Shown: one piece after another, positions 1 through 9,818 of the stretch
How the letters are laid out: every line of letters starts with the position of its first letter
Position numbering within the stretch: the first letter of the stretch is position 1
Origin: an uncultured Ruminococcus sp.
GTDB taxonomy: Bacteria; Bacillota; Clostridia; Oscillospirales; CAG-272
Direction: 5' to 3'
NCBI GenBank assembly: GCA_964474245.1
Contig: CAYYRY010000002.1
Coordinates: 2,340 to 44,264 of the forward strand
Length of the DNA stretch: 41,925 nucleotides
Program-made: the position numbers and the translations under genes
The notes under the pieces: generated by a model
Databases searched by the model: none
What the model was told of the DNA's origin: nothing
Seen by the model: only the letters and a program-made list of their open reading frames with translations

Positions 1-2
1 TT

Positions 3-1232
3 GACGAAACGTGGTCTGTCGGTATGCTTTTTGAACATTTGGTTCGCGAAATGAAGCTGTCGCTTGACCGTACCCCTGACATTCTTCCCGTCCTTAAGGA
101 AGCGGGAGTTGTTGACAGTGGCGGAGCCGGCATACTTTATATATTTGAGGGCTTCCTCAAAGCCATCAAGGGAGAAAAGGTAGAGGCTGTTGCGCCTCCC
201 CGTGCTGTGGGAAGTGAGATCGACCTTACTGCCTTCGGCCCCGACAGTGTTATGACCTACGGATACTGTACTGAGCTTCTTCTTCAGCTTCAGAATTCCA
301 AGGTGGATCCGGAAGAGTTTGACCCTGCGGTAATTACCGAATTCCTTCTCGGCATCGGAGATTCCATTGTATCCTTTAAAACAGGTACCATAGTCAAGAT
401 CCACGTGCATACTCTTACTCCGGAAAAGGTACTTGAGTTCTGCAGACAGTTCGGTGAATTCCTTACCTTGAAGATCGAGAATATGTCTGTACAGCATAGC
501 GAAACTCTCGCTGAAAAGAAGGAAGAGCCTAAGGCTCCCGCAGCGCCCGCCAAGAAGGCGAGAACTAAGTTCGGCTACGTTGCTGTAGCAAGCGGAAGCG
601 GCATTGAGAGACTGTTCCTCGACCTTGGCGTAAACTACGTTATCGACGGCGGTCAGACGAAGAATCCGTCTACCTCCGATTTCCTTGAAGCATTTGAGGA
701 GACCAATGCGGACCACATATTCGTGTTCCCCAACAATGGTAACATCATTCTTGCGGCAACACAGGCATCTGAGATATATAAGGATTCCGTGATCCACGTT
801 ATCCCCAGTAAGGATATCGGAATGGGTTACGTTGCGATGTCTACTCTTGATATGTCAAGCGAAGACCCTGATGAGATCACATCTCAGCTTACCGCAGCTA
901 TGGAAAACGTAACTACGGGTAGCGTATCTCCCGCTGTACGTGATGCGGAGCTTAACGGCGTAAAGATCAAGAACGGAGAGTTTATCGGATTTGTCGGTAA
1001 GCAGATGCTTGTTTCAAAGGCTAAGATGACCGAAACGGCTTGCGGACTTGTTGATAAAATGCTTGAGGGCGACGACAAATTTATGCTAACCGTATTCTGT
1101 GGCAGAGACACTGCCGAGGCTGATGCAGCTGTTGTTGAAAGCTACGTTGCCGAAGCTTATCCTGACGTTGAAGTTTACCTTGCCGAAGGGGGACAGGATG
1201 TTTATCCCTTCATCTTCGTTGCAGAAGGTTGA
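3..1232 (+). CDS. yloV: DAK2-domain fusion protein, YloV family (5'-truncated by window edge)
   Basis: The reading frame is open from nt 3 with no upstream stop. The GGAGILYIFEGFL motif and a DegV-like C-terminal half are typical of YloV. Homologues are about 550 aa, so the N-terminus lies outside the window. Confidence 0.78.
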   Translation, partial: DETWSVGMLFEHLVREMKLSLDRTPDILPVLKEAGVVDSGGAGILYIFEGFLKAIKGEKVEAVAPPRAVGSEIDLTAFGPDSVMTYGYCTELLLQLQNSKVDPEEFDPAVITEFLLGIGDSIVSFKTGTIVKIHVHTLTPEKVLEFCRQFGEFLTLKIENMSVQHSETLAEKKEEPKAPAAPAKKARTKFGYVAVASGSGIERLFLDLGVNYVIDGGQTKNPSTSDFLEAFEETNADHIFVFPNNGNIILAATQASEIYKDSVIHVIPSKDIGMGYVAMSTLDMSSEDPDEITSQLTAAMENVTTGSVSPAVRDAELNGVKIKNGEFIGFVGKQMLVSKAKMTETACGLVDKMLEGDDKFMLTVFCGRDTAEADAAVVESYVAEAYPDVEVYLAEGGQDVYPFIFVAEG

Positions 1233-1250
1233 TTTGAAATTGAATAATCA

Positions 1251-1292
1251 GCGCCGTCTGAGGATCTTTGATTCTGCAGACGGTGCTTTTTG
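1251..1292. terminator. Rho-independent terminator between convergent genes
   Basis: Stem GCGCCGTCTG (1251-1260) pairs with CAGACGGTGC (1277-1286), with one G-U pair. It is followed by TTTTT. Confidence 0.6.
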
Positions 1293-1339
1293 TTATGTGT
1301 AAATGAGCCTTAATTACTTATTATCAGCCGGGATTTTTA

Positions 1340-1588
1340 TTATATATTATCGATACCAAGCAACCATTTGACATCTACTTTAAGGATTTCCGATAATACT
1401 TTTAATTCGTAATCGGTAACAAATCTGGTTCCTATCTCTATTCTGCTGATACTGTCACGCTCTATAATTACATTGTTGATTTGAAGACGAGCTGCGAGAT
1501 CGCTTTGAGACAGATGCATAGTAAGTCTGGCTATACGTATTCTTTCGCCGCAAATATTTTTCTTGCCGTTAAAGTCGTAGATTTTCAT
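1340..1588 (-). CDS. XRE-family helix-turn-helix transcriptional regulator
   Basis: The sequence GERIRIARLTMHLSQSDLAARLQ...ISRIE is a classic HTH_3 pattern. I prefer the internal ATG at 1588 (MKIYDF...) over the track start at 1654, which would run into the divergent promoter. Confidence 0.8.
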   Translation of the reverse strand: MKIYDFNGKKNICGERIRIARLTMHLSQSDLAARLQINNVIIERDSISRIEIGTRFVTDYELKVLSEILKVDVKWLLGIDNI

Positions 1589-1641
1589 TTTTACCCTTCT
1601 TTTCTTTTTTTTTGTGTATGTGTTAAAAATAGGAATTTTTC

Positions 1642-1670
1642 TTGACTTTAACATATTTATGTGCTATAAT
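1642..1670 (+). promoter_or_regulatory. Sigma-A-type promoter (TTGACT-17-TGcTATAAT)
   Basis: TTGACT lies at 1642-1647 and TATAAT at 1665-1670, with a 17-nt spacer and an extended -10 TG. It sits in the divergent region between the XRE gene and the 1711 gene. Confidence 0.6.
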
Positions 1671-1710
1671 TGTGTTAAAGATCAGCAAACGATTGAAAAG
1701 GGGAGTTTTT

Positions 1711-2013
1711 ATGAAAAGAATTGTCAGGATATTGTCTTTGTTCTTTTTGATTGGTTCGATCACGTTTATAATATATCAAGCCGGAGTTCTTGAAACATAC
1801 AGATCGGAATTAGCAACGGAATCTGTGACCTCTGAGAGTGGGTATATACCTAATAACAGCATATCAGAGTACGAGAAATTGAGATTGGAAGATATTAAAA
1901 AATGGAAATCGGAACAAGTTAAAGAAGGGATAGGTCATGGCCTTTATATCATAGCTTTTACATCTGCGACAGTGTTTATATCAACTTTTTTTATTAAAAA
2001 GAGAATTGACTGA
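1711..2013 (+). CDS. Small two-TM membrane protein, unknown function
   Basis: The ATG at 1711 is preceded by AAAGGGGAG. There are hydrophobic segments at the N- and C-termini. No family was recognised. Confidence 0.5.
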   Translation: MKRIVRILSLFFLIGSITFIIYQAGVLETYRSELATESVTSESGYIPNNSISEYEKLRLEDIKKWKSEQVKEGIGHGLYIIAFTSATVFISTFFIKKRID

Positions 2014-2062
2014 GTTATAAAAAACAATAGCGATAAAACTTAATATAAAAGGAGACAGCTAA

Positions 2063-2575
2063 ATGAAAGATAAGGATACTTTCGGGAAGGAATTCACAAA
2101 TATTACAAAAGATACATTCGTTGGAGTGTCTCTGTGTGGAAAAACACAGTTGTACACGGTAGAACTAATCATGTTTGCTATAGTGAGCTGGTTTTGGGCT
2201 TTTATTTTCGGATTAAACGTATATCAGACGAAGTTCAATGACAGGCACACCTTTAAAGTCGAGGATATTGAGGTTGTCTTGAAAAATCCCGTGGTGAAAA
2301 CATTGACCTTATTGGGGGTTGCGATGTTTGTTGGAGGGATTTTTGTCCTTTTTTTAATGAAAAACAGCAAAATAACGGTGAAGCACGATCAAATACTCGG
2401 TAATACAAGTTTCGGTAATAAGATAAGTATTTCCGTAAATGACGTTATCGGTGTAAGTTATGGATTGTGTGACAGTATTATTGTTCATACTGTAGCCGGA
2501 AAGATTAGATTTTGGAATATTAATCAAAAAGACAGGGCTTACGAATGTATTAGAAAACTGTTGAGTAACAGATAA
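2063..2575 (+). CDS. Membrane protein with two TM segments and a possible PH-like C-terminal domain, unknown function
   Basis: An AAAGGAG RBS lies upstream of the ATG. Two hydrophobic helices are followed by a beta-rich tail. The bacterial PH-like assignment is a guess. Confidence 0.5.
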   Translation: MKDKDTFGKEFTNITKDTFVGVSLCGKTQLYTVELIMFAIVSWFWAFIFGLNVYQTKFNDRHTFKVEDIEVVLKNPVVKTLTLLGVAMFVGGIFVLFLMKNSKITVKHDQILGNTSFGNKISISVNDVIGVSYGLCDSIIVHTVAGKIRFWNINQKDRAYECIRKLLSNR

Positions 2576-2617
2576 GTTTGGATATATTTCATGTGCTGAA
2601 AAATAAAGAGAACATAT

Positions 2618-2662
2618 AAAAAGACGGCTCGCTATCATGACGGATAGTGAGTCGCCTTTTTA
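2618..2662. terminator. Bidirectional intrinsic terminator
   Basis: A 14-bp stem (2623-2636 pairing with 2643-2656, one mismatch and two G-U pairs) is flanked by an A-run upstream and a T-run downstream. It lies between convergent genes. Confidence 0.6.
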
Positions 2663-2692
2663 TAATGTCATCGATATATTATGGATTCAGCT

Positions 2693-3388
2693 TTACTTAT
2701 AAATATCAATAATGTCGTCTCTGCAGACGATGGAGAAGCTTCTGTTTCTGAGGGTGTTCATAAGATCTTCGTTTGTGACGATGGGATGATCCGTTACGAT
2801 ACCTGCGTCAACGTAGGTGTGTTCTCCGTGGAAGTCGCTGCCTGCGGTGAATATGGGTGCGTCACCGAGGCGGTGCTTGTCCCATTCGGCGGCGAAAAAG
2901 TCGTAATCCGGTATCTTGTCACTCTGACAGTTGAATATCTCATATCCGTCAAGGTACTTTGATTCAACCACGACACAAGATCCGCGACGGGGATGTGCCT
3001 GGATGAAAAGCATACCGGCTTCCTTCGTGCGACGGTACACTTCTTCGGGAGTGCGTGTACATATCTTCATGTCTTCCATGAGAAATTCGCGGTTGATTCC
3101 GTAGATGAGATAATCGTTCCTCGGCTTGTCAAGTCCGACTTCAACACCGAGAAGAACATTGAGCTTATCTCCAGCCGCCTCTTTGGCGCGTTCATACGCT
3201 TCAAATATCAGGTCAACGCATCTTTCATAGCCGCCGAGACGTTCTATTTCGTAGGTCTTCAGGTGGTTGGTCATGACGATGGTATCGATCTTTAGTCTGA
3301 TAAACTTTCTTGCTACTTCATCGGCGGTCAGAAAACCGCATTCACTGCATTCTGCCGAATGACAATGGAGCTCGGTTCTGTAAAGCAT
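2693..3388 (-). CDS. PHP-domain metal-dependent phosphoesterase
   Basis: The N-terminal ELHCHS motif, with later His/Asp motifs (QAHP, GSDFH), is typical of the PHP family. Confidence 0.72.
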   Translation of the reverse strand: MLYRTELHCHSAECSECGFLTADEVARKFIRLKIDTIVMTNHLKTYEIERLGGYERCVDLIFEAYERAKEAAGDKLNVLLGVEVGLDKPRNDYLIYGINREFLMEDMKICTRTPEEVYRRTKEAGMLFIQAHPRRGSCVVVESKYLDGYEIFNCQSDKIPDYDFFAAEWDKHRLGDAPIFTAGSDFHGEHTYVDAGIVTDHPIVTNEDLMNTLRNRSFSIVCRDDIIDIYK

Positions 3389-3418
3389 ATTAAATTCATC
3401 CTTTCAGCAGATTTCCCA

Positions 3419-5578
3419 TTATTTCTTTTTTATGGTAAGTCCGATTCTCTTACGGGCGACGTCAACACTCTTGATTCTGACATTGACACGCATTCCCACG
3501 GAAAGCACCTCGGAGGGATGCTTTATAAAGCGATCCGATATTTCTGAGATGTGGAGAAGGCCGTCCTGGTGAACTCCGATGTCAACGAATGCGCCGAAGT
3601 CAATAACGTTTCTGACGACTCCCGAAAGCTCCATGCCTTCGGTCAGCTCCTCAATGGAGAGAACTCTTTCCTTAAGCTCCGGCGGGGGGAGAGAATCACG
3701 TATGTCGCGTCCGGGCTTCGCAAGCTCCCCGATGATGTCGTTGAGTGTGGGTATGCCGCAGCCAAGCTCTTCAGCAAGCTTTGACGTACCGTAGGACTTT
3801 ACTTCATCGGCAAGACGGGACAGGCCGCCTGCTTTGACTTCACTTGCTGTGTAACCGAATTTTTCGAGAAGGGCGCGGGCAACGCCGTAGGACTCGGGAT
3901 GAACGCCGGTGTTGTCGAGAACCTCGTCGGAATCCGGAACGCGGAGAAATCCTGCCGCCTGTTCATATGCCTTGGCACCGAAACGGGGAACTTTAAGCAC
4001 TTCCGCACGGGTGCGGAACTCTCCGTTGGCATCGCGGTATTTTACGATATTCTTTGCACCGGTCATGTTGATGCCGGCGATATATGAAAGAAGTGAGTAG
4101 GATGCGGTGTTAAGGTCAACTCCGACAGCATTTACGCAGCCTTCGACTACTCCCGAAAGTGCTTCGTCGAGACGGGACTCCTTCATATCGTGCTGATACT
4201 GACCGACACCGATGGACTTGGGATCGATCTTTACAAGCTCAGCGAGGGGGTCCTGCAGACGGCGTGCAATGGATACGGCGCTTCTTTGGGTAACGTCGAA
4301 GTCGGGGAATTCTTCTGCGCCGAGCTTTGATGCCGAATATACCGATGCACCTGCTTCGGAGACTATGATATACTTGGTACCCGTATTCATCTCGCCGAGA
4401 AGCTCAGCAATAAACATCTCGCTCTCACCGGAGGCTGTGCCGTTTCCTATGGCTACAACGTCAACTCCGTAACGGCGGATGAGCCTTTCCGTGATGCGCT
4501 TTGCTTCAGCGATCTTTTCATGGGGTTTTGTGGGATAGATCACTGCAGTATCCACAACGCTTCCCGTGGGAGTGATGACCGCAAGCTTACAGCCTGTTCG
4601 GTATCCGGGGTCATATCCGAGGACGGTCTTGCCCTTGAGAGGTGCGCTCATGAGAAGCCCCTTGAGGTTCTGTGAGAACAGCCCGATGGCTGCCTCGCTG
4701 GCACGTTCAAAAAGCTCTGCGCGTATCTCGCGCTCAACGGAGGGTGAAATGAGTCTGTCGTAGCTGTCCTCAACCGTAGCGCAAAGAAGCTCTGCGACGG
4801 GACTCTTTTTATTCTTAACAACATTTGAGGTGAGGTAATTTACGATAAAGGCACGGTCTACGTTTACCGATACTTTAAGCACACCTTCCTTTTCCGCACG
4901 GTTGAGAGCAAGGATCCTGTGGGAGGGGATCTTGGCTATGGCTTCGCTGTATTCGTAATACTGTGAGTATACGTCGCCGTCGGTGAGCTTTTTGGATTCG
5001 ATAATGCCGTGCTTGGCTGTAAGAGTACGGATGCCTCGACGGTAGTCGGCGTTATCGGAGATGTCCTCTGCAATGATGTCGCAAGCACCTGCCAGAGCTG
5101 CATCAGCATCCGGAACGTCATCGTTTATGAAGCCTTCAGCGACTTCGCGGACGGTGGGGGCGTAGGAGCTTTTTTGCTCCATGATAAGGGATGCCAGAGG
5201 CTCAAGTCCTCGCTCTCTTGCAATGGAGGCACGGGTACGTCTCTTGGGACGGTAAGGACGGTAGATATCATCGATCTCAGTTACTGTTTCTGCGGCTGCA
5301 AGGGCGGACACTATCTCTTCGGTCAGCTTTCCCTGTGCATCTATGAGCTTCTTTACGTCCTCGCGCTTTTCTTCAAGATTGCGGAGATATGTAAGTCTCT
5401 CGGTAAGGCGGCGGAGCTGATCGTCATCAAGACCGCCTGTTACTTCCTTGCGATAACGTGATATAAAGGGGACGGTATTGCCTGCATCGAGAAGCTCAAC
5501 GGCGGCGTCCACCTGATTTAATCTGATATTCAGCTCAAGAGCGAGTTTTTCATTGATGGTCATATGATTGCCTTTCAT
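3419..5578 (-). CDS. tex: Tex-like transcription accessory protein (YqgF/HhH/S1 domains)
   Basis: The 719-aa product has VPFISRYRKE near the N-terminus and a C-terminal S1 domain (GVVRNVIDFGAFVDIG). Length and domain order match Tex. Confidence 0.9.
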   Translation of the reverse strand: MKGNHMTINEKLALELNIRLNQVDAAVELLDAGNTVPFISRYRKEVTGGLDDDQLRRLTERLTYLRNLEEKREDVKKLIDAQGKLTEEIVSALAAAETVTEIDDIYRPYRPKRRTRASIARERGLEPLASLIMEQKSSYAPTVREVAEGFINDDVPDADAALAGACDIIAEDISDNADYRRGIRTLTAKHGIIESKKLTDGDVYSQYYEYSEAIAKIPSHRILALNRAEKEGVLKVSVNVDRAFIVNYLTSNVVKNKKSPVAELLCATVEDSYDRLISPSVEREIRAELFERASEAAIGLFSQNLKGLLMSAPLKGKTVLGYDPGYRTGCKLAVITPTGSVVDTAVIYPTKPHEKIAEAKRITERLIRRYGVDVVAIGNGTASGESEMFIAELLGEMNTGTKYIIVSEAGASVYSASKLGAEEFPDFDVTQRSAVSIARRLQDPLAELVKIDPKSIGVGQYQHDMKESRLDEALSGVVEGCVNAVGVDLNTASYSLLSYIAGINMTGAKNIVKYRDANGEFRTRAEVLKVPRFGAKAYEQAAGFLRVPDSDEVLDNTGVHPESYGVARALLEKFGYTASEVKAGGLSRLADEVKSYGTSKLAEELGCGIPTLNDIIGELAKPGRDIRDSLPPPELKERVLSIEELTEGMELSGVVRNVIDFGAFVDIGVHQDGLLHISEISDRFIKHPSEVLSVGMRVNVRIKSVDVARKRIGLTIKKK

Positions 5579-5596
5579 GGTGATTTTATTTGTGTA

Positions 5597-6310
5597 TTAT
5601 TGTTTTGCCGTGTCTGCAACTTCAAGCAGGGCACGCACTTCATCATCGGTCAGATTTCGCCACTCTCCCCGATTTAAGCTTTCGTCAAGGGTCAGTGTGC
5701 CGAACTTTATTCTTTCAAGGAATTCGATCCCGCTTCCGACAGATGCGAGCATTCTCTTTATCTGATGAAATTTGCCTTCGGTTATGCTGATCGTACCGTC
5801 GTTGGGGGTGTTCATATTAAGCTTTGCAGGGGCACTCACGAAGTCACCGAGATCGACACCCTCTTCGAGAGAACGGATCATGTCGTCACTCAAAGGTTCA
5901 CTGCAACGGAATCGGTATGATTTTGCCACGTGATGCTTGGGCGACAGAAGCATATGGGCGGTGTCTCCGTCGTTTGTTATGAGGAGCAGTCCCACGGTAT
6001 CTATATCAAGTCTTCCGCAGGGAAAGCAGCCTGCCTTTTCATACTCCGGTGGGAGGAGCTTCATTACGGTGTTGTCCGATTTTTCTGTGGAGCTGATGTA
6101 CCCCTCGGGTTTATTCAGCATGACGTAGAAGTTTTTTTGCCAACGGATAGTCTCGCCTCCGTATACGACGGTGTCATGCTCCGGGTCTATATGTACGGAG
6201 GCGGTTTTGACCACCTCTCCGTTTACACTGATCTTCCCGTGCCTGACAGCGGCAGAGCATTCCTTACGGGACAGCTTGCCGATGGTTGTGAAAAATTTGT
6301 CAAGTCTCAT
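5597..6310 (-). CDS. Pseudouridine synthase, RsuA/RluB family, with N-terminal S4 domain
   Basis: MRLDKF...SR S4-like start, GRLDxDTxGLLL catalytic motif (GRLDIDTVGLLLITNDG). Confidence 0.88.
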   Translation of the reverse strand: MRLDKFFTTIGKLSRKECSAAVRHGKISVNGEVVKTASVHIDPEHDTVVYGGETIRWQKNFYVMLNKPEGYISSTEKSDNTVMKLLPPEYEKAGCFPCGRLDIDTVGLLLITNDGDTAHMLLSPKHHVAKSYRFRCSEPLSDDMIRSLEEGVDLGDFVSAPAKLNMNTPNDGTISITEGKFHQIKRMLASVGSGIEFLERIKFGTLTLDESLNRGEWRNLTDDEVRALLEVADTAKQ

Positions 6311-6358
6311 TTTGACTCCGATTTATTTTCCTATGGTTTAATGATATACAGCGGTGTC

Positions 6359-6481
6359 TCAGGACATGGCGAAGTAACATACAACCGCACAAAGCATGAG
6401 CAGTACGGATGCTGTCCCGCCGAAGATCATCCCGATAAGGACACCGCCTATAAATTTATGAAACATATACCAGAACCGCAT
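6359..6481 (-). CDS. Possible 40-aa hydrophobic micro-protein (below the ORF-track cut-off)
   Basis: My own translation gives MRFWYMFHKFIGGVLIGMIFGGTASVLLMLCAVVCYFAMS. A GGAGG lies 4 nt upstream of the ATG, and the ORF fills an otherwise empty gap between two minus-strand genes. Confidence 0.25.
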   Translation of the reverse strand: MRFWYMFHKFIGGVLIGMIFGGTASVLLMLCAVVCYFAMS

Positions 6482-6540
6482 AAGTCCTCCGGGTAAGACT
6501 TTTTCATAGTATTCCCGTATGGCGCGGTGTGATACGTATA

Positions 6541-6870
6541 TTAAAGCTCTTTTGCCGTCAATTCGATGATGAGATCCATGTCGTCACTCTGACCTCTTGG
6601 ATCAAGGGCGGCTTTGTTTCTGCGGATCTCTCCGCAGCGTCTGCATTTGTGGTATATAATGAACCCCTTTTTGGGATCCGGCTCTGTCTTGACTGCATCC
6701 ATGATACCGCCGCAGTCGGATGCACGGTCGCCCGGATTTATGTCAAGGTGTAACGATGCAAGACAGTAGGGGCAGTGATTGCGGGAGGTGTAGCCGAGTG
6801 GCTCTACCTCTTTGCCGCAGGCGGCACAGGTGAAGCCGCTGTCATTTTTCGTGAAGCGTTTGGTCTCCAT
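6541..6870 (-). CDS. RNHCP-domain zinc-ribbon protein
   Basis: It contains a literal RNHCPYC motif plus CxxC pairs. Its ATG overlaps the upstream gene's TAA by 1 nt (TAATG), which suggests translational coupling. Confidence 0.75.
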   Translation of the reverse strand: METKRFTKNDSGFTCAACGKEVEPLGYTSRNHCPYCLASLHLDINPGDRASDCGGIMDAVKTEPDPKKGFIIYHKCRRCGEIRRNKAALDPRGQSDDMDLIIELTAKEL

Positions 6871-8015
6871 TATTTTTTACCTATTCTTTCGGCTTCTGCA
6901 TCGTAAATGCGCTCAAGCTTTCTTGTCATGGCTTCTGCAGTGAATCGTTCTTCAAACATACGTCTTGCACCTTCGCCGAGCCTCAGTCTCAGGTCAGCAT
7001 CATTCATGATGCGGATGATAGCCTCTGCCATTGCGTGGGAATCCTTAATGGGAACGAGGTACCCGTTGACGTCGTTTTCCACCATGTAGGGGTTGCCTCC
7101 GAAGGAGGTGACTACTGCGGGGATGGACAGGCTCATGCCTTCGCCCAGTGCCATTGATGTAGCCTCGGTTCCGTATGAGCAGTTGAGGCACAGGTCGGTG
7201 ACGTGATAATAAGGGGCGAGGTCGGTGATAAATCCTGTGAATATCACATTATCTTCGATACCAAGCGCCTTTGCCTTCGCTTTAAGGACGTCCTCTTCGC
7301 TTCCTCTTCCCATGATGAGTACCTTAATGTTAGGATGAGTTTCAGATATTTCCTTTACGGTGTCAAGGAGGTATGCGTGTCCCTTATAGTGCTCAAGACG
7401 TGCGGCGATACCGCAAACGAAATCTCCGTCGGACAGCTTCAGCTCCGCACGCTTTGCGGCGATCTCCTCCTCGCTGACGTCTCTCAGCGGAAGAACGCCG
7501 TTGACGATAACTGTGATCTTCTTTTCCGATACGCCAGTTTCTGTGAGATTGTCCTTGGCTGAGTCAGCAACCGCGATGATCTGTGTTGCAAGGGTATTGT
7601 TCACGAATCCGTTGATCTGTTTTCCCGGGAAGGTGGTCAGCTTACGGGGCATATCAAAGGTGCAGTGGCGCGTATAGATACGGCTCTTTACACCGCCGAG
7701 GAACGCCGCAAGCTTTGCGGAAAAGGCTGAATGCGTGTGTACTATGTCGGGCTTCTCCTTCTTAAAAAGCTTGATGAACTCAGAAATTGCCGCCATTTCG
7801 AAGGACTTGTCGTGACCGTGCTGAAGAGGTATAACGCGATAGCCTTCGGCTTCTACCTTGGGAGCAAGTGCCGCACCCTCGGGAAGGCATACGGAGATGT
7901 CATACTTGTTTCTGTCAAAGCAACGAAGATAGTTTATAAGGAGCGTGCCTGCTCCTCCAATGTTGGTGTCTGTGAGAATGTGCAGAATTTTTATCTTTTC
8001 CATATTAATCTCCAT
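6870..8015 (-). CDS. Glycosyltransferase family 4 (GT-B, group 1)
   Basis: The N-terminal GGAG loop and a C-terminal E(x7)E-type region (EATSMALGEGMSLSIP) support the call, as does the 381-aa length. The start may instead be the MEKIKIL codon at 8003. Confidence 0.85.
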   Translation of the reverse strand: MEINMEKIKILHILTDTNIGGAGTLLINYLRCFDRNKYDISVCLPEGAALAPKVEAEGYRVIPLQHGHDKSFEMAAISEFIKLFKKEKPDIVHTHSAFSAKLAAFLGGVKSRIYTRHCTFDMPRKLTTFPGKQINGFVNNTLATQIIAVADSAKDNLTETGVSEKKITVIVNGVLPLRDVSEEEIAAKRAELKLSDGDFVCGIAARLEHYKGHAYLLDTVKEISETHPNIKVLIMGRGSEEDVLKAKAKALGIEDNVIFTGFITDLAPYYHVTDLCLNCSYGTEATSMALGEGMSLSIPAVVTSFGGNPYMVENDVNGYLVPIKDSHAMAEAIIRIMNDADLRLRLGEGARRMFEERFTAEAMTRKLERIYDAEAERIGKK

Positions 8016-8090
8016 TCAGCCGGTGGCTGTACAAATAGTAGGATTCGGATGTTCTCAGCTACGTGATGATTTCTCTTGAAGGGGGATGTG

Positions 8091-9635
8091 TCAGCTTTTA
8101 TTTTTCTTGAGAAGGGCACATAGAATGAAGCGTGCTTCTTCAGAACGAAGAATGAAGCTGGCGATAAAGTAAGCGGGAGCCGCTGCCAGAACTGACAGGA
8201 CGATGACGAGTATGTTATTTGTTACATGAGATGAGACGAGCATGATCACGGGGATCATTGCACATGATGATATTATTGACACAGCAACGTCGATTATATC
8301 ACGCAGGTTAAATCTGCAGACGTAAAGCTTGTGAGATACAGCGAGGTTTATGGCAAGATTTAGTACCGTCGAAGCTGCGGTTGCAAGAGCAATGCCTCCG
8401 ACGCCTAGCTTATCAGACAGGAAGATAACGAGTGCGATATTGAATGCCATGGAAACGAGAGAGGAAATCATTGACACCTTGGGCTTTTCAGCAGCGAACA
8501 GAGCCTTGACGATAACCTCGTTTGCTGCCATGAATATCATTCCCACTGCGTATCCTGTGAGGGCGGTAGCCGTCAGCGCGGTATCGGCGGAGGTGAACTC
8601 GCCTCTTTCGTAAACGAGGGAGGTGAACTGAGTTGCCAGCATCATGATGCCTACGGTGATGGGGGCTATGATATACACAAGGGTCTTGACCGATGTGCGC
8701 ATCATCTTCATTGCGCCGTCTCTGTCCCCTTCAGCCTCTGCTCTTGAGAAGAACGGGAACAGAAGGTTGGTTGCTACGAAGGAGAATATACCAACCATCA
8801 TAGTGTAGAGCCTGTTGGCATAACCAATGGCGGTCATGCCTCTGCCATCCTCGATACCTGAGGCAAAACGTGCGTTTATCAGGCTGCAGACCGGTACCGT
8901 CCATGTACCGATGAGGATCGGAATGGAGTTTTTTGCGGCGCGGAGCAGATCGGAATCGAATATTTTTAACGTGGGTCTGTATCGGAAACCGAGACTGTGA
9001 GCCTTGGGCGCCTGAACGAATGCCTGCGCCGCCCAACCGATGACCATGGTAACACCAAGTCCCATAACACCAAAGACTCGGTTGAGGGAGAAGAGATAGG
9101 TGACCATTATTAAATTGGAAACGAGACTTATGAGTGCCGGAAGATTATATTCTCCGAGGGACTGCAGGATGCCGACGTAGGAGAAGGCAAGCCCCGTGAA
9201 TATTATCATTGGGAACATGATGCGCGTCAGCTTTACGGCAAGAGCAGTAGCTTCAACATTGATATCGGGGGCTATGGCTGAAACGAGCGCTTCAGCGAAA
9301 ACGACACCCACCGCGGCAATTACGATACATATTAAAAGGATGAAATTTACGTAGGAATTGGCGAACTTCATGGCATCGTTTTTTCCGCGTCTGACCATGA
9401 TCGAATTGAACACGGGAATGAAAGCCGCGGTGACTACTCCACCGATGACAAGGTCAAAAACCGTGACAGGTAGACGGGATGCGGCCTCATATGCCACAGC
9501 TTCAGTGCCCATGCCGTAGTAGTTGGCAACGAGGATATCTCTGAATAATCCGAGGAATTTTGCTATAACGGTTATTGCCGCCATAATAACGGCATAGCCG
9601 AGGAAGCTCTTGCCTTTTTTTTGCTTGTTTTCCAT
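8091..9635 (-). CDS. murJ: Lipid II flippase MurJ (MviN family)
   Basis: The FLGLFRDILVANYYG N-terminal motif and a polytopic profile fit MurJ. I prefer the start at 9635 (MENKQKK) because the promoter at 9676-9704 lies inside the longer track ORF. Confidence 0.9.
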   Translation of the reverse strand: MENKQKKGKSFLGYAVIMAAITVIAKFLGLFRDILVANYYGMGTEAVAYEAASRLPVTVFDLVIGGVVTAAFIPVFNSIMVRRGKNDAMKFANSYVNFILLICIVIAAVGVVFAEALVSAIAPDINVEATALAVKLTRIMFPMIIFTGLAFSYVGILQSLGEYNLPALISLVSNLIMVTYLFSLNRVFGVMGLGVTMVIGWAAQAFVQAPKAHSLGFRYRPTLKIFDSDLLRAAKNSIPILIGTWTVPVCSLINARFASGIEDGRGMTAIGYANRLYTMMVGIFSFVATNLLFPFFSRAEAEGDRDGAMKMMRTSVKTLVYIIAPITVGIMMLATQFTSLVYERGEFTSADTALTATALTGYAVGMIFMAANEVIVKALFAAEKPKVSMISSLVSMAFNIALVIFLSDKLGVGGIALATAASTVLNLAINLAVSHKLYVCRFNLRDIIDVAVSIISSCAMIPVIMLVSSHVTNNILVIVLSVLAAAPAYFIASFILRSEEARFILCALLKKNKS

Positions 9636-9675
9636 TATACACGACCGTCCCATTTTGTTTATCTGTCTGACTTTA

Positions 9676-9704
9676 ATCTTACCACAAAAAACGGGCGGTG
9701 TCAA
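9676..9704 (-). promoter_or_regulatory. Sigma-A-type promoter for murJ (TTGACA-17-TGgTAAGAT on the minus strand)
   Basis: The reverse complement of 9699-9704 is TTGACA, and the reverse complement of 9676-9681 is TAAGAT. The spacer is 17 nt, with an extended -10 TG. Confidence 0.5.
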
Positions 9705-9818
9705 TGAAAATATACTAAAGTACAGCATACGGTACGTCCGGCGTTTTTTTAGGTGTGTACAGAGGTGCGGTTAAACGAATTATTTTTGTAAGTGTTGCCA
9801 AAAAGTTCGACAATCCTA

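Noticed and set aside
5930-6496. 188-aa plus-strand ORF opposite the pseudouridine synthase gene
   Set aside because: The minus-strand gene has the S4 domain and the GRLD catalytic motif. The plus ORF has no features and spans an intergenic gap.
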